From Mobula hypostoma (taxonomy: Eukaryota), in the NCBI RefSeq assembly GCF_963921235.1, contig NC_086097.1:2418001-2482000 (forward strand): a stretch of 64,000 bases of DNA, in the 5' to 3' direction. Shown here in pieces: positions 12,465-25,102 of the stretch; position 1 is the stretch's first letter, and each line of letters opens with the position of its first letter. A model generated the notes under the pieces. The model made no database searches. It saw only the letters and a program-made list of their open reading frames with translations, and had not been told where the DNA came from. The position numbers and the translations under genes are program-made.

Positions 12465-15400
12465 GTCACAAGACATAGGAGCAGAATTAGGCCATTTAGC
12501 TGATCAAGTCTGCTCTGCTCTTCAATTATGGCTGGTCCTTTTTTCCCCCTCTTCAGCCCGACTCCCAGGCTTTCTCCCTGTAACCTTTGATGCCGGGGCC
12601 AATCAAGAACCTATCAATCTTTGACTTAAGTATACCCAACAACCTGGCCTGTGGCAATAAATTCCACAAATTCACCACTCTCTGGCTAACGAAATTCTCT
12701 GCATCTGTGTTTTAAATGGACGCCCCTCTATCCTGAGGCTGTGCTCATTTGTGCTAGACTCCCCCATCAAGGGAAACATCCTTTCCACATATACTCTGTC
12801 TAGGCCTTTCAACATTCAAAAGATTTCAATGTGATCCGTCCTCATCTTTTTAAATTCCAGCAAGTACAGACCCAGAGCTATCAAATGTTTCTGGTATGAT
12901 AACCCTTTCATTCCCAGAATCATGCTTGTGAAGCTCCTCTGAATCCCCTCCAAAGCCAGCACAGCTTTTCGTAGTTAAGGAGCCCAAAACTGCTCACAAT
13001 ATTTAAGGTGAGGCCTCACCAGTGCCATATAGAGCCTCAGCATCACATCCCTGCTCTTATATTGTTGAAATGAATACGAACATTGCATCTGCCTTCTTCA
13101 CCACCATTCAACCTGCAAGTTAACCTTTAGGGTGTTCTGCACAAGGACTCCCAAGTCCCCTTGCATCTCAGAATTTTGGATTTTCTCCCCATTTAGAAAA
13201 TAGCCTGCACATTTATTTTTTTCTACCAAAGTGTTGACTATGCATTTTCCAGCATTGTATTTCATTTGCCACTTTCTTACTCATTCTCCTAATCTGTCTA
13301 TGTCCTTCTGTGGCCTACCTGTTTTCTCAGCACACCAGCCCCTCCACCAAGCTTCGTATCATCCGCAAACTTGACAAAAAGCCATCTATTCCATCATCTA
13401 AACCACTGACATACAGCATAAAAAGAAATGGTCTCAACACCAACCCCTGCAGAATATCACTACTCACTGGTAGCCAACCAGACAAGGATCCTTTTATTCC
13501 CACTCGCTGCCTCCTACCAATCAGCCAATGCTCCAACCATGTTAGTAATTTTCCTGTAATACCATGGACTCTTAACTTGGTAAGCAGCCTCATAAGTGGC
13601 ACCTTGTCAAAGGCCTTCTGAAAATCCAAATATTCGCCTTCCACTGCATCACCTTTATCCATCCTGCGCATAGTCTCCCAAAGAATTCCAACAGATTCAT
13701 CAGGCAAGATTCTTCCTTAAGGAAACCATGCTGACTTCATCCTATCTTGCCCTGTGCCACCAAGTACTCCATAACCTCATCCTTAACAATTGACTCTAAC
13801 ATTTTCCCAACCACTGAGGTCAGGTTAATTGGTCTGTAATTTCCTTTCTGCTGCCTCCCTCCTTTCTTAAAGTGGAGAGACATTTGCAATTTTCTAGTCC
13901 TCCAGTCCAATAATTCTTGAAGGATCATTACTAATGCCTCTGCAATCTCTACCTCTAACTCTTTCAGAACGCTTGGATGCAGTTCATCTGGTCCGGGTGA
14001 CTTATGTACCTTTAGGTCTTTCAGCTTTTTGAGCACCTTCTCCCTTGTAATAGTAACTGCACTCACTTCTCTTCCTTGAATCCTTTCAACATCTGGCACA
14101 CTGCTAGTGTCTTCCACAGTGAAGACTGATGCAAAATACTCATTTAATTCAACTGTCATCTCCTCGTCCCTCGTTATTATTTCTCTGGCCTCATTTTCTA
14201 GCGGTCTCATCTCTCTTATTTTTTACCTACTTGAAAAAGCTTTTACATTCCAATTTGATATTGTTTGCGAGCCTACTTTCATATTTCATCTTTTCCCTCC
14301 TAATGATTCATTTAATTGTTTTCTGTAGCTTTTTAAAAGCTTCCCAATCCTCCGTCTTCCCACTAAATTTTGCTTTGTTGTATGCCCTCTCTTTTGCTTT
14401 TACATTCACTTTGACGTCCCTTGTCAACCACAGTTGTATTATTTCACCATTTGAGTATTTCTTAGTTTCTGGAATACATCTATATTGCACCTTCCTCATT
14501 TCCCCAAAAACACACAACATTGCTGCTCTACTGTCATCCCTGCCAGCATCTCCTTCCAATTTACTTTGGCTAACTCCTACATACCACTGTAATTTCCTTT
14601 ACTCTACTGAAATACTGCTACAGGCTTTACTTCCTCCCTATCAAATTTCAAGTTGAAGTCAATCATATTGTGGTCATTGACTCCATAGGGTCCTTTACCT
14701 TCAGCTCCCCAATCACCTCTGGTTCACTGCATAACATCCAATGCAGTATAGCTGATCTCAACAACAAACTGCTCACAAAGCCATCTCAGAGGCATTCAAC
14801 AAATTCACTGTCTTGGGATCCATTACCATCCTGATTTTCCTGATCTACATGCATGTTAAAATTTCCCATGACCATCATAGCATTGAACCTTTGAAACACC
14901 TCTTCTATTTTCCGTTGTAATCTGTAGTCCACATCGCAGCTACTGTTAGGAGGCCTGTGTATAACTGCCATCAGGGTCCTTTTACCCTTGCAGTTTCTTA
15001 ACTCAACACAAGGATTCAACATCTTCTGATCCTATGTCACATCTTTCTACTGATTTGATGCCATTCTTTACCAGTAGAGCCACACCACCCCCTCTGCCGA
15101 CCTTCCTATCCCTCCGATATAACATGTAACCTTGGACATTCAGCTCCCAACTACAACCATCCTTCAGCCACGATTCAGTGATGGCCACAACATCATACCT
15201 GGCAATCTGTAAAAGTGCAACAAAATCATCCACCTTATTTATTCTACTCTGTGAAGAGACATTACACTGATTACTCTATTTGCTACCCTATTTGATTCTG
15301 CATTCCTAATGCACTGATACCCACCCTGCTGGCTACAATTATGTTCTATCATCTGCCTGCCCTTCCTGACAGACTGACTGCATACATGTTAAGAGAGTTG

Positions 15401-16056
15401 ATTTCGGATACCTGTAGACAGGATGTTCATCTGTGCTTGTTTTTAAACCATCATCCTATCCTGTGTCCCTTCACTCCAGTTCACACCACCTTGCCAAATT
15501 AGTTTAAACCCTCCCCAACAGTTCTAACAAACCTGCCCATTGGTTCCCCTTGGGTTCTGGTGCAACCCGTCAATTTTGAACAGGTCAACCTCTCCCAGAA
15601 AGAATCCCAATGATCCAAGAACCTGAAGCCCTGCTCCCTGCACAAGTTTCTCAGCCACATATTAATCTCCAAAATCGTCCTGCTTCTACCCTCACTGGTG
15701 TGTAGCACAGGAGGCAATCCAGACATTACTACCCGGGAGGTCCTGCTCATCAGTTTTCTACCTAGCTCTCTAAATTCTCTCTTCAGGACCTCTTTGCTTT
15801 TCCTTCCTGTGTCATTGGTACAGACATATATCCTCCCCCTCTAAAATGCTGTGGACGCAATCCGAGATCTTCCTGATCCTGGCAACTGAGAGGGGACATA
15901 CCATCCCATTTGCATTCACCGAACCTCCTGTCTGTTCCTCTATCACCACCCCTCCCCTCTTCCCCTTCTACACTACAGACCCATACTCTGTGCCAGTGAC
16001 CCGGTCTCCATGGCATTCCCCTGGGAGGTCAACCCCCATACAGTATCCAAAATGGT
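12465..16056 (-). mobile_element. Degenerate CR1 LINE (ORF1 esterase C-terminus, APE, RT, 3'UTR)
   Basis: Fragments RVVMSGLPP...FRFLDHW...GEGLN*, YDVVAITESWL, KSPGPDELHP and YLDFQKAFDKV occur in the expected order. Confidence 0.93.
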
Positions 16057-18603
16057 AAACATTTGACCATGAACTTGATCTGGAGATATATGCACAGATC
16101 ATACCTGGGCAAATTGAGATGTCAGTTTAAGAAAATGCTTGGAATCCCAGGTTTAATAAACAGAGGCAGAACTATTGCCTAAAACTAGTAACACACTCGC
16201 TTGATCACCATTGGATCATTGTGTCAGCTGTGGCCAACCAACTTTCTGAAAGATGAAAAAGATCTATTGAGGTTTACAGGGGACGATGGACTTTGGTCTG
16301 TGAGTATTCTCCTGGGAACAGAGCTTTGCTCAGAGGAACCTGATAGTGATATGAAAGATCATAAAGATCATAGACAAAGCTGACAGAAGAAAACTTTCCC
16401 AAGTTCAAGTTCAGTTACCATTCAACCCTACATGAATATATCCAAAACGAAACAGCCAATTGCCAAACTAGGGGACACAAAATTAAAGTAATTGGCAAAA
16501 TAAACGAAGTTATATAGTAAAAGAATACTACAGCACAGAAACAGGCCCCTTGGCCCATCTAGTCTGTGCCAGCTATTCATCTGCCTAGTCCCATCAACCT
16601 GCATCCAGACCCTAGCCCACCATATACCTCCCCAAATGTCTCTTAAATGTTGACATCAAACCTGCACCCACCACTTGCTCTAGCAGCTCATTCCACACTC
16701 TCACCACCCTCTGAGTGAAGAAGCTCCCCCTCATGCTCCCCTTAAACTTCTCACCTTTCATCCCACTAATTCTAGTTAGAGTAGTGCAAGAAAATTTGTA
16801 TCTGCATCAATTACAGAAATGCAGAAACCATGCCCAAATAAGTTCTACTAATAACGAGAAGTTAAATGGATCTGCAAAAGATTGTGACTTCTACAGTCAA
16901 TAGTGGGAAGAAACACTGTAGGATGGAAGGCTTTCTATGGCACAGACAATGTACAGTGGCAGCTCACTCTAAATGGTATTAAGCACAGAAAAGAGAACTG
17001 ATGCTAACTAAGCTGTGAATGACGGATATAATGGAGCAGCAAATCATACGACCCTGATGCTCTGAAGGTGAAAGCAGGGCGGCCAAAGACATGGTTAAAA
17101 ATGGGATCTAGAAATGCAGACCACCAAGATGGAGATAGAAATACAAATTGGAAATCAAACAGCTGGCTTTGAGCTTGGCAATGTTAATCTAAAGGAAGTT
17201 CCCACTCAGTAACAACAAAGAATGGTAGATTAATAAATAGGTGTGGAGTCAAAAGTATAGATAAATGCAGAACTAAGCAAATTGCCTGGATATTCTTTCC
17301 AATATTATATACAACCGTTATCGAGAAGAGAGCTCACTCTATTTTTTTTTACAGTGATACTGTGCCAGTTGGTCCATCAACATGTGAAATCAGTAATGTT
17401 TTCCAATTATAATCACTTGTTCAAAAACCACAGCAGCTTCTCTCTGCCAATTGCCAACAATTTTACCACATCCCAGTTCAGCTTTCCTATTCCGAATGGC
17501 ATGATGCTGAACTTTGAAAACATTCAGAAATTCCACATCAGACTGTTAAAAATGTGCATCAACAGTATTCTGAAGACCTTCACGAGCAATTAACACTCAG
17601 GTTTCCTCAGAGATAACTAGAATTCAAAAGAAAAATGTATCTCACCACAGCAAACAACATTCCGTGAGTCATAGTTGGCACATTACACAATTAGTGTTTA
17701 TCCCACTCCCATTAGGGAGGAAGCTACATAGCATTAACGCCAGGACCACTCGACTCAAAAACAGTTACTTTCCCCTAAGCAGTAAGGCTGATCAACACCT
17801 CCGCCCACTAACCCACCCACCACACCCCCAGCCACCACTACTTTATCATTTCCCGTCAGTCACCTTATATACAGACACTCCTGTACCAAGTGTCACTTTA
17901 TATACCGGCTATTTTATTTATTTATAGTTACTGTGTATTTTTATTATTCTGTTCTTTCTCTTACTGTGTTTTTTTTTAAATCCTGCATCAGACGCAGAGT
18001 AACAATTATTTCATTCTCCTTTACACTTGTGTACTGGAAATGACATTAAACAATCCTGAATCACAATCAGCACATTGCAGAACGGTTACGTGCATGTGGG
18101 TACGTAGCTACCATGCACAATTAAAGCAGTTTCCAAGCACCACCCACTTCGTACTATTTTGGTATCCAATGACATCATGCCATGGCAGGACAGGCTTCAA
18201 TTAAAACTTCAACCGTTAACTTGCTAATTATGTATTGTATTCAGTTTAACTCTCAAATATTCCAATGGATGAGTGCTCTCTTGCTGCAAACACTGGTTCC
18301 TTTAGTCTCACATCCAATTACAATGGCTCGTACCAGACTTGCTTCCCCATGGAGCTTGAAAGAATGGCACAAGCCATTGTAATTAACATGCCACAAAAAT
18401 GTGGCACTCATCATTAAGGACCCCCATTGCCAGGATATGCCCTCTTCTTATTGCCACCATCAGGAAAGAGGCACAGGAGCCTGAAGACACACACTCAGTG
18501 TTTCAGGAACAACTTCTTCCCTCCTGCCATCAGATTTCTGAATGGACAATGAACACTACCTCATCATTTTTTTCTCTATTTGCACGACTTGCTTAATTTT
18601 ATA

Positions 18604-20804
18604 CAGTACTTACAAATGTCTTAGACACACGTAAAAAAAATTCTGTAAAGCAAAGATGCTTCCAAAAACAATGAAATGAGAAGTTTCTAATCATCAGAAA
18701 AATTACCATAAAGAGTAGTAAGTAGTTAAAAAACTAAATCAAATCAGTATTTGGTGTGAGCACCCTTTGCCTTTAAAACTTCATCATTTATAATGCTGTG
18801 CAGTTTTATAAAAAAAGATCAGCTGGTAGAATGTTCCAAGTATCTTGGAGAACTTGCCACAGTTCTTCTACAGACTTCAGATATCTCACTTGCCTCTGTC
18901 TCTCTAGGTAATCCCAGACAGCCTCAGTGTTGTTGAGAGCAGAACTCTATGGAGGCTAGACCATTTCCTCGTTCTTCATTTCGCTGAAGATAGTTCTTTA
19001 TGACCTTGGCTGTGTGTTTGGGCAATTGTCCTGCTGCAGGATGAAGTTGGACCTGCTTAGGTGCCTCCCTACACGTTCTGAGTGATGGATGAGAATCTGC
19101 TTATCCTTCGCAGCATTGAGAATTCTATTAATTCTGACCAGATCACCAACTCCTTCTGCAGAAATGCAGCCCTCAACCTGCAGGGAATCTCCACCATGCT
19201 TCACTGGTTAGTTGCAGACACATGCAATGCTCTCCAACTTTTTTTATGGACAAACTGCCTCCTGTTTGAGACAAAAATTTAAAATTTTGACTCATCAGTC
19301 CACAGCGCTTGCTGCCATTGCTCAGCACTCCAGTCCCTGAGTTATTAGTGTGTGGGTTTGCCCCTCAGCTTTGTTTCCACTTTGGAGAAATGACGCTTTG
19401 GCAGCAACTCCGACACGATGGGCACTTCTGACAAGACTTCTCTGGACTGTAGAGGGGTGTACTTGGGTTCCGGTGGTTGAAGGACATCAGGTTGATCCAT
19501 CTCTTGTCGGTTACACTCAGCTTCCGTGGCTGACCACTTGCCCATTTCTTTGTGTTTCTTCAGAAGAGCTTGGGCAAACTCCTGTCTGCTGCGAAACTTC
19601 TGCTTGGGAGAGACCTTGCTACTGCAGGTTGACCACCTTCTGTCATGTTGCTTTGCTCACTCTTGCCATGATGTAAGGATTGATGATTTGAAGGTTAAAC
19701 CGTCACATCTGCCACACCCTCACCTTTTAGTTTGCTTGTCCTATACAGTCTGATTTCTTCTACACCAATTTCTGTTTCAGTGAATCAATTTAGTTCATTC
19801 AACTCATTATGCCAATGATCATTAGCACCTGTTTGATATTTGTTTAATCGTGCACTGGACCATATACTTACACAGTAAGTTTTTATTTGGAAAATGGTCT
19901 AGTACTACACCTCCTCCCCCACTACTATTCCAGGCGCTAAACAGTCTTTCCAGGTGAGACGACACTTCACTTGTGAGTCTGTTGGGGTCATTTACTGTAT
20001 ACAGTAGTCCTGGTGTGGCCTCCTATATAAATCACTGAGACCGGGCATAGATTGGGAGACCGCTTCGCTGAGCATTTACGGTCTGACCGCCAGAAAAAGC
20101 AGGATTTCCCAGTGGCCACTCATTTTAAATCCACTTCCCATTCCCATTTTGATATGTCCATCCATGGCCTCTTCCACTATCATGATGAGGCCACACCTAG
20201 GTTGGAGGAGCAACACCTTATATTCCATTTGGGTAGCCTCCAACACTGATTTCTCAAACTTCCAGTACTGTCTCCCACCCCATCCCCCTTTCACCCTTTC
20301 CCCTCCCTCACCCCTTGCCTGCCCATCACCTCCCTCTGGTACTTCTTCTGCCCCCCCCTTTCTTTCTTCCATGGCCTTCTGCCTCTCTCACCAATCAACT
20401 TCCCAGCTCTTTACTCCAACCCCCCCACCTCCAGGTTTCACCTGTCACCTGGTGGTTCTCTCTGCCCTCCTCCCACTTTTCAAATCTACTCCTCAGCTTT
20501 TACCTCCAGTCCTGCCGAAGGGTCTCAGCCCAAAACGTCAACTGTACTCTTTCCCATAGATCCTTCCTGACCTGCTGAGTTCCTCCAGCGTTCTGTGTGT
20601 GTTGCTCGGACTTGCAGCATCTGCAGATCGTCTCTTATTGTGATTTGACTATTGCTTTCTTCAACAAAATACAAAGATTTCTCTGTAACATTTAATTTTG
20701 GGGAAAATGAAAGTTGGAAATCTAAAATTTGCTCTGTAAAAAATGAATTACAAAAGAAAATAAAATCAAAAAGCTAGGATGTCCAAGACTTTTGCACAGT
20801 ACTG
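18604..20804 (-). mobile_element. Degenerate Tc1-family DNA transposon interrupted by a Penelope fragment
   Basis: TA-flanked imperfect TIRs cagtacttacaaatgtcttagaca / tgtccaagacttttgcacagtactg; transposase fragment KHGGDSLQV.GCISAEGVG...ILQQDN. Confidence 0.85.
19905..20643 (+). mobile_element. Older Penelope-like fragment (GIY-YIG region and 3' end)
   Basis: GDRFAEHLRS...PVATHF...RLEEQHLIFHLGSL, a pyrimidine-rich 3' region, a degenerate hammerhead motif and the terminus. Confidence 0.88.
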
Positions 20805-22581
20805 TATACATTCTTATCGAAATTTATAGTTTTTAAAATTATGTATTGCAATTTACTGCTGCTGCAAAACAACAAATTTCATATCTGCTAGTCATATTAA
20901 ACCTGATTCTGAGGAACCATAAAGCTAGAGGTTAGCACAGGACATACAATGACCAACACTCATTTAATAGATATAGGCTTGGCTAAAGGACAGCCTGTAG
21001 ATACAAATGAGCAAGCTCACTTGCTGAGGCTGGCTGCTCTTCTCACATCTACACCTCTCCTGTCCAGTGAGATACTGTACACTCCACGCACTGGTTTTGT
21101 TCATTTCTGATTTATGAACTGCTCAAGTTATGAATGGTTCTCAAGAACAGGACACCACCAATAACAACAAGCAGTTGAATGGTCTAACCAGATCTCAATC
21201 TCTCACAGCTAAAGCATCAATGTTACAATGAAGGAGCTATTTACTGTCTTGTGGGAGATGTCTGGTTTTCAAGAATGGAACCCTGTAGTAACATGAAGAG
21301 TCCCTGTAACAATAATACCACTGAAAATCTCAAGTTAACCCATTCCCATTCATTTTCCTTTCCCAAAGACAATAACTGAGGTACATTTCCATCAGATAAA
21401 AACAGCCTTCAACACTCAGATGGTCAGACTGCACAGCATCAGTACTGACAATGAATATAGTCCCATCCTGACTAGCTCAAGCTAACAGCAACTCTGGTGA
21501 ATCTTCCACATAGCTTCCGTCTCCTGCACCAACTCCCTGCCCAAGCTAGTTACGGCCAATAACAGCACCCAGATGAATGCTTTAACCCATCACAAACTAG
21601 GAGGTAAACAAGAGAGTTTACTGGAACAATGTTACAAGAGGGGAGATGTTTATTGACTTCTGGGAGATTTCTGCATTTGACAAGAAGCAGCAGCTTCTTC
21701 GGCTCCCAATAATGGTGGAAGTTTTAAATTCTAAGATGGAGTTTCAAAGTTTCTAGACAGGGAATTTAGCCAACCAAAGATATTTATTGTAGTTTTTAAT
21801 TATTGTGTTAACTTATATTGTGTTGCATCAGAGCTGGAATAACAATTATTATTCCATTCTTCTTTACACTTTGTACTGGAAATGACATTAAACAATCTTG
21901 AATCTTGAAGCTGACTTTATCCAACTCATTATTGAAAACCCTACTCACCATCCAGTAAAATACATTTGCTAAACAGCTCTCCCTCCCATCTCCCCCTCCC
22001 TCCCATACACAAATTTCCCAGCCATGGCTCAGCAAGCAGTACAGAAAATTGGATCCTGATTCAATGGCTTTCAAAAGATGGCAACATTATGATTAGTACT
22101 TGGATTTAAAAGGAATAGGGGAAAATAGCCAAAATAAACACACTAAAAATCTTGCTTCACTGACCCCTTGTTGATGTGCTGGATTTCACTTGAGGCAATA
22201 AGATGGGACTATTTATTACTTCACGTGTATAAAGTCTAGATCGCCCAAGGACGCCCATTAATAAAGTTGCATGACTGAGGCACACACAAAGGATACACAC
22301 TCAACACACAAGACCGGAGAATGAAAGGGCGCTTAAATCAGCCAGCTCTGCTCAGTCCAAAGTTTGAAGATAATAAAGTCAAATTTGGCAATTTTCCTTC
22401 AAAGTTCCCCCACATTAAAAGTAAAGGAGAAACAATGTTAGAACAAGCCTTATAGGATAGTCTTGAGTGTGTGAGTCCAGAGTCAAGGCAATGGAGCAAC
22501 CTATCCTCTGTTCCACTCTCCTAAAAATACATAATGTTACAAACACAAGATATTTTGTGTTATACTCAATGATATACTTAC

Positions 22582-22628
22582 AAAGTATAGGCAATATCAC
22601 TTCTTTATTGCCACATTCCAGGAAAGCA
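22582..22628 (-). CDS. Candidate 47-nt exon of an unidentified host gene
   Basis: cattttcaatttctttcag|TGCTTTCC...ATACTTT|gtaagt in a repeat-poor island; only one frame is open (AFLECGNKEVILPIL). Confidence 0.4.
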
Positions 22629-23260
22629 CTGAAAGAAATTGAAAATGCCAATATTTATTGCACACAATATTAAATTTTAAAAGGTGAGCCTTAGTGAATC
22701 ATAAACCAGCGGCCATCCATTTGTAAATCCTGTAGGAATGCGCACGGTGAGCATTAGATTCCACCTCTGGCTCATTTGTGCTGTGCACAAATCATGGACA
22801 AATCAATAAAAGTGGAACTTGGCCTCAAAGTCACAATACAAACAAACTGAAAGACTAATGAAGGCATTGAACCAGCACAGAATACTCATTCACATCAGTT
22901 CTGCCTGATCCACATCCCTGAATAGGCACAGCTAGAAACTCCAAAGCCCTGCTTCTATTTGTTAAACTTTGGGCAGGAATACTCCAGCTGCCAACACAAT
23001 CGATTAAAATATTGATAATGATTTGTGCGTCATCAAAGAGTCATAAAACACTACACCGGCTCTTCAGCCCAACTCGTCTGTGCACTATATCCTCCATTGT
23101 CAAGGAAAAGCATCATTCCTTCAAAACTATGCAAGTGTTTAAACAGGTTCTTAAACTTGGCCCAGTCAGAAGTATATTTATTATCAAAGCATATATACCA
23201 TATACAACCAGAGAATCAGCCTCTCGCAGGCAGCCACAAAACAAAGAACCACAATTCACA

Positions 23261-23745
23261 GTTCACCAGATTGATTCCTGGGATGGCAGGTCTTTCATAT
23301 GAAGAAAGACTGGATGAACTGGGCTTGTACTCGTTGGAATTTAGAAGATTGAGGGGGGATCTGATTGAAACGTATAAGATCCTAAAGGGATTGGACAGGC
23401 TAGATGCGGGAAGATTGTTCCCGATGTTGGGGAGGTCTAGAACGAGGGGTCACAGTTTGAGGATAGAGGGGAAGCCTTTTAGGACCGAGGTTAGGAAAAA
23501 CTTCTTCACACAGAGAGTGGTGAATCTGTGGAATTCTCTGCCACAGCAAACTGTTGAGGCCAGTTCATTAGCTATGTTTAAAAGGAAGTTAGATATGGCC
23601 CTTGTGGCTACAGGGGTCAGGGGGTATGGAGGGAAGGCTGGGTTCTGAGTTGGATGATCAGCCATGATCATAATAAATGGCGGTGCAGGCTCGAAGGGCC
23701 GAATGGCCTACTCCTGCACCTATTTTCTATGTTTCTATGTTTCTA
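23261..23745 (+). mobile_element. Young 5'-truncated CR1 LINE
   Basis: FTRLIPGMAGLSYEERL...FFTQRVVNLWNSLP is uninterrupted; (ttctatgt)n tail. Confidence 0.93.
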
Positions 23746-24263
23746 ATTGAATCCACAAAAGAACACACACAAAGACCAACAAACATCCAATATGCAAAAA
23801 AACCGAGCAAACAATAAAAAAGAAAACAAATAGTGCACAGAACATGAACCACTGTCTCCGAAAGTGAGCCCACAGCCACCGAACCAACACAGCGCTGAGG
23901 CAAGTGAAACCAAACATCCCGACACACGGAGGATCTACGTCCAATCCTAAATTATTGTTACAGCTTTCAAAAGATTATGGAACGTTACTTTTCCTTTAAG
24001 GCAACGAGAAACTGCAGATGCAACAAGCAGCCAGCTGGAGTAACCTGGTGGCCGAGCAGCATCCATATGGGGCAAAGAATCGTCAATGTTTCTGATCAAA
24101 ACCCTGAATTACGACTGAGGGGAGAACGAAGGTGGCCAGTGTGAAGAGGAGAGAGAGGGAGTGAGTGAAAATCACAAAGAGGAGGGGTCCCAGAACAGAT
24201 CCCTGCGGAACGCCAGTGGTCACCGACCTCCATGCAGAATACAAACCATCTACAACCAACCTT

Positions 24264-24722
24264 TACACGAGGAAATCTGCAGATGCTGGAAATTCAAGCA
24301 ACACACACAAAATGCTGGCGGAACGCAGCAGGTCAGACAGCATCCACAGGAAGAAGCACAGTCGATGTTCCCATCATTCATTCTTTTTTTTTCCTCTCTC
24401 TGTCCCCCTCACAATAACTCCTTGCCTGCTCTCCATCTTCCTCTGGTACTCCCCTCCCCCTTTCTCCCTCCCTAGGCCTCCCATCCCATGATCCTCCCCC
24501 TTCTCCAGCCTTGTATCCCTTTTGCCAATCAACTTTCCAGCTCTTGGCTCCATCCCTCCCCCTCCTGTCTTCTCCTATCATTTCGGATCTCCCCCTCCCC
24601 CCTCAAATCCCTTATTAGCTCTTCCTTCAGTTAGTCCTGACGAAGGGTCTCGGCCCGAAACGTCGACTATACCTCTTCCTAGAGATGCTGCCTGGCCTGC
24701 TGCATTCACCAGCATTTTTTGT
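24264..24722. mobile_element. Two-ended Penelope derivative
   Basis: Minus arm ~24264-24369 and plus arm ~24370-24722; no TSD recognised. Confidence 0.8.
24632..24669 (+). ncRNA. Minimal type I hammerhead ribozyme motif (Penelope-associated)
   Basis: TAGTC-CTGACGA-A-GGGT(CTCG)GCCC-GAAA-CG-TC^GACTA: helix I TAGTC/GACTA, CUGANGA and GAAA core boxes, helix II and GUC cleavage triplet. Confidence 0.75.
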
Positions 24723-25028
24723 AATGACAGACTCGCCATTTGGGGGAAATTTCAACTACATCAACGCCCATTTCCAAATATTAGTTTGCAAATTAGCCTG
24801 TCACAGAAAGGTATATTCTGCTATTAACATTTCCAAATTCTGGAAATTGGACACAGAACAGTCAAATGTAGATTAGATCATGTGGAATTAAAATTGGAGT
24901 TTTGAAAACATGACATCACCCTGCTTATGAACAGGGGGTCAAGAAAGAAAAGATCAACAGGTCCTCTGAATTAAGAGGTTCCCTCTCTGCCAACTCTCCG
25001 AGTGCCCCTGCCAACTGCTTCTCTAATC

Positions 25029-25102
25029 CAGGGCTTCCCAACCTGGGCTCCACAGTCCCCTTGGTAGGTGTCCATGGTAAAAAAAAAGGTTGCAAACCCC
25101 TG
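25029..25102. mobile_element. Short hAT-like MITE
   Basis: TIRs cagggcttcccaacct / aggttgcaaacccctg; a related copy lies in the opposite orientation at 49752-49832; no 8-bp TSD visible. Confidence 0.55.
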
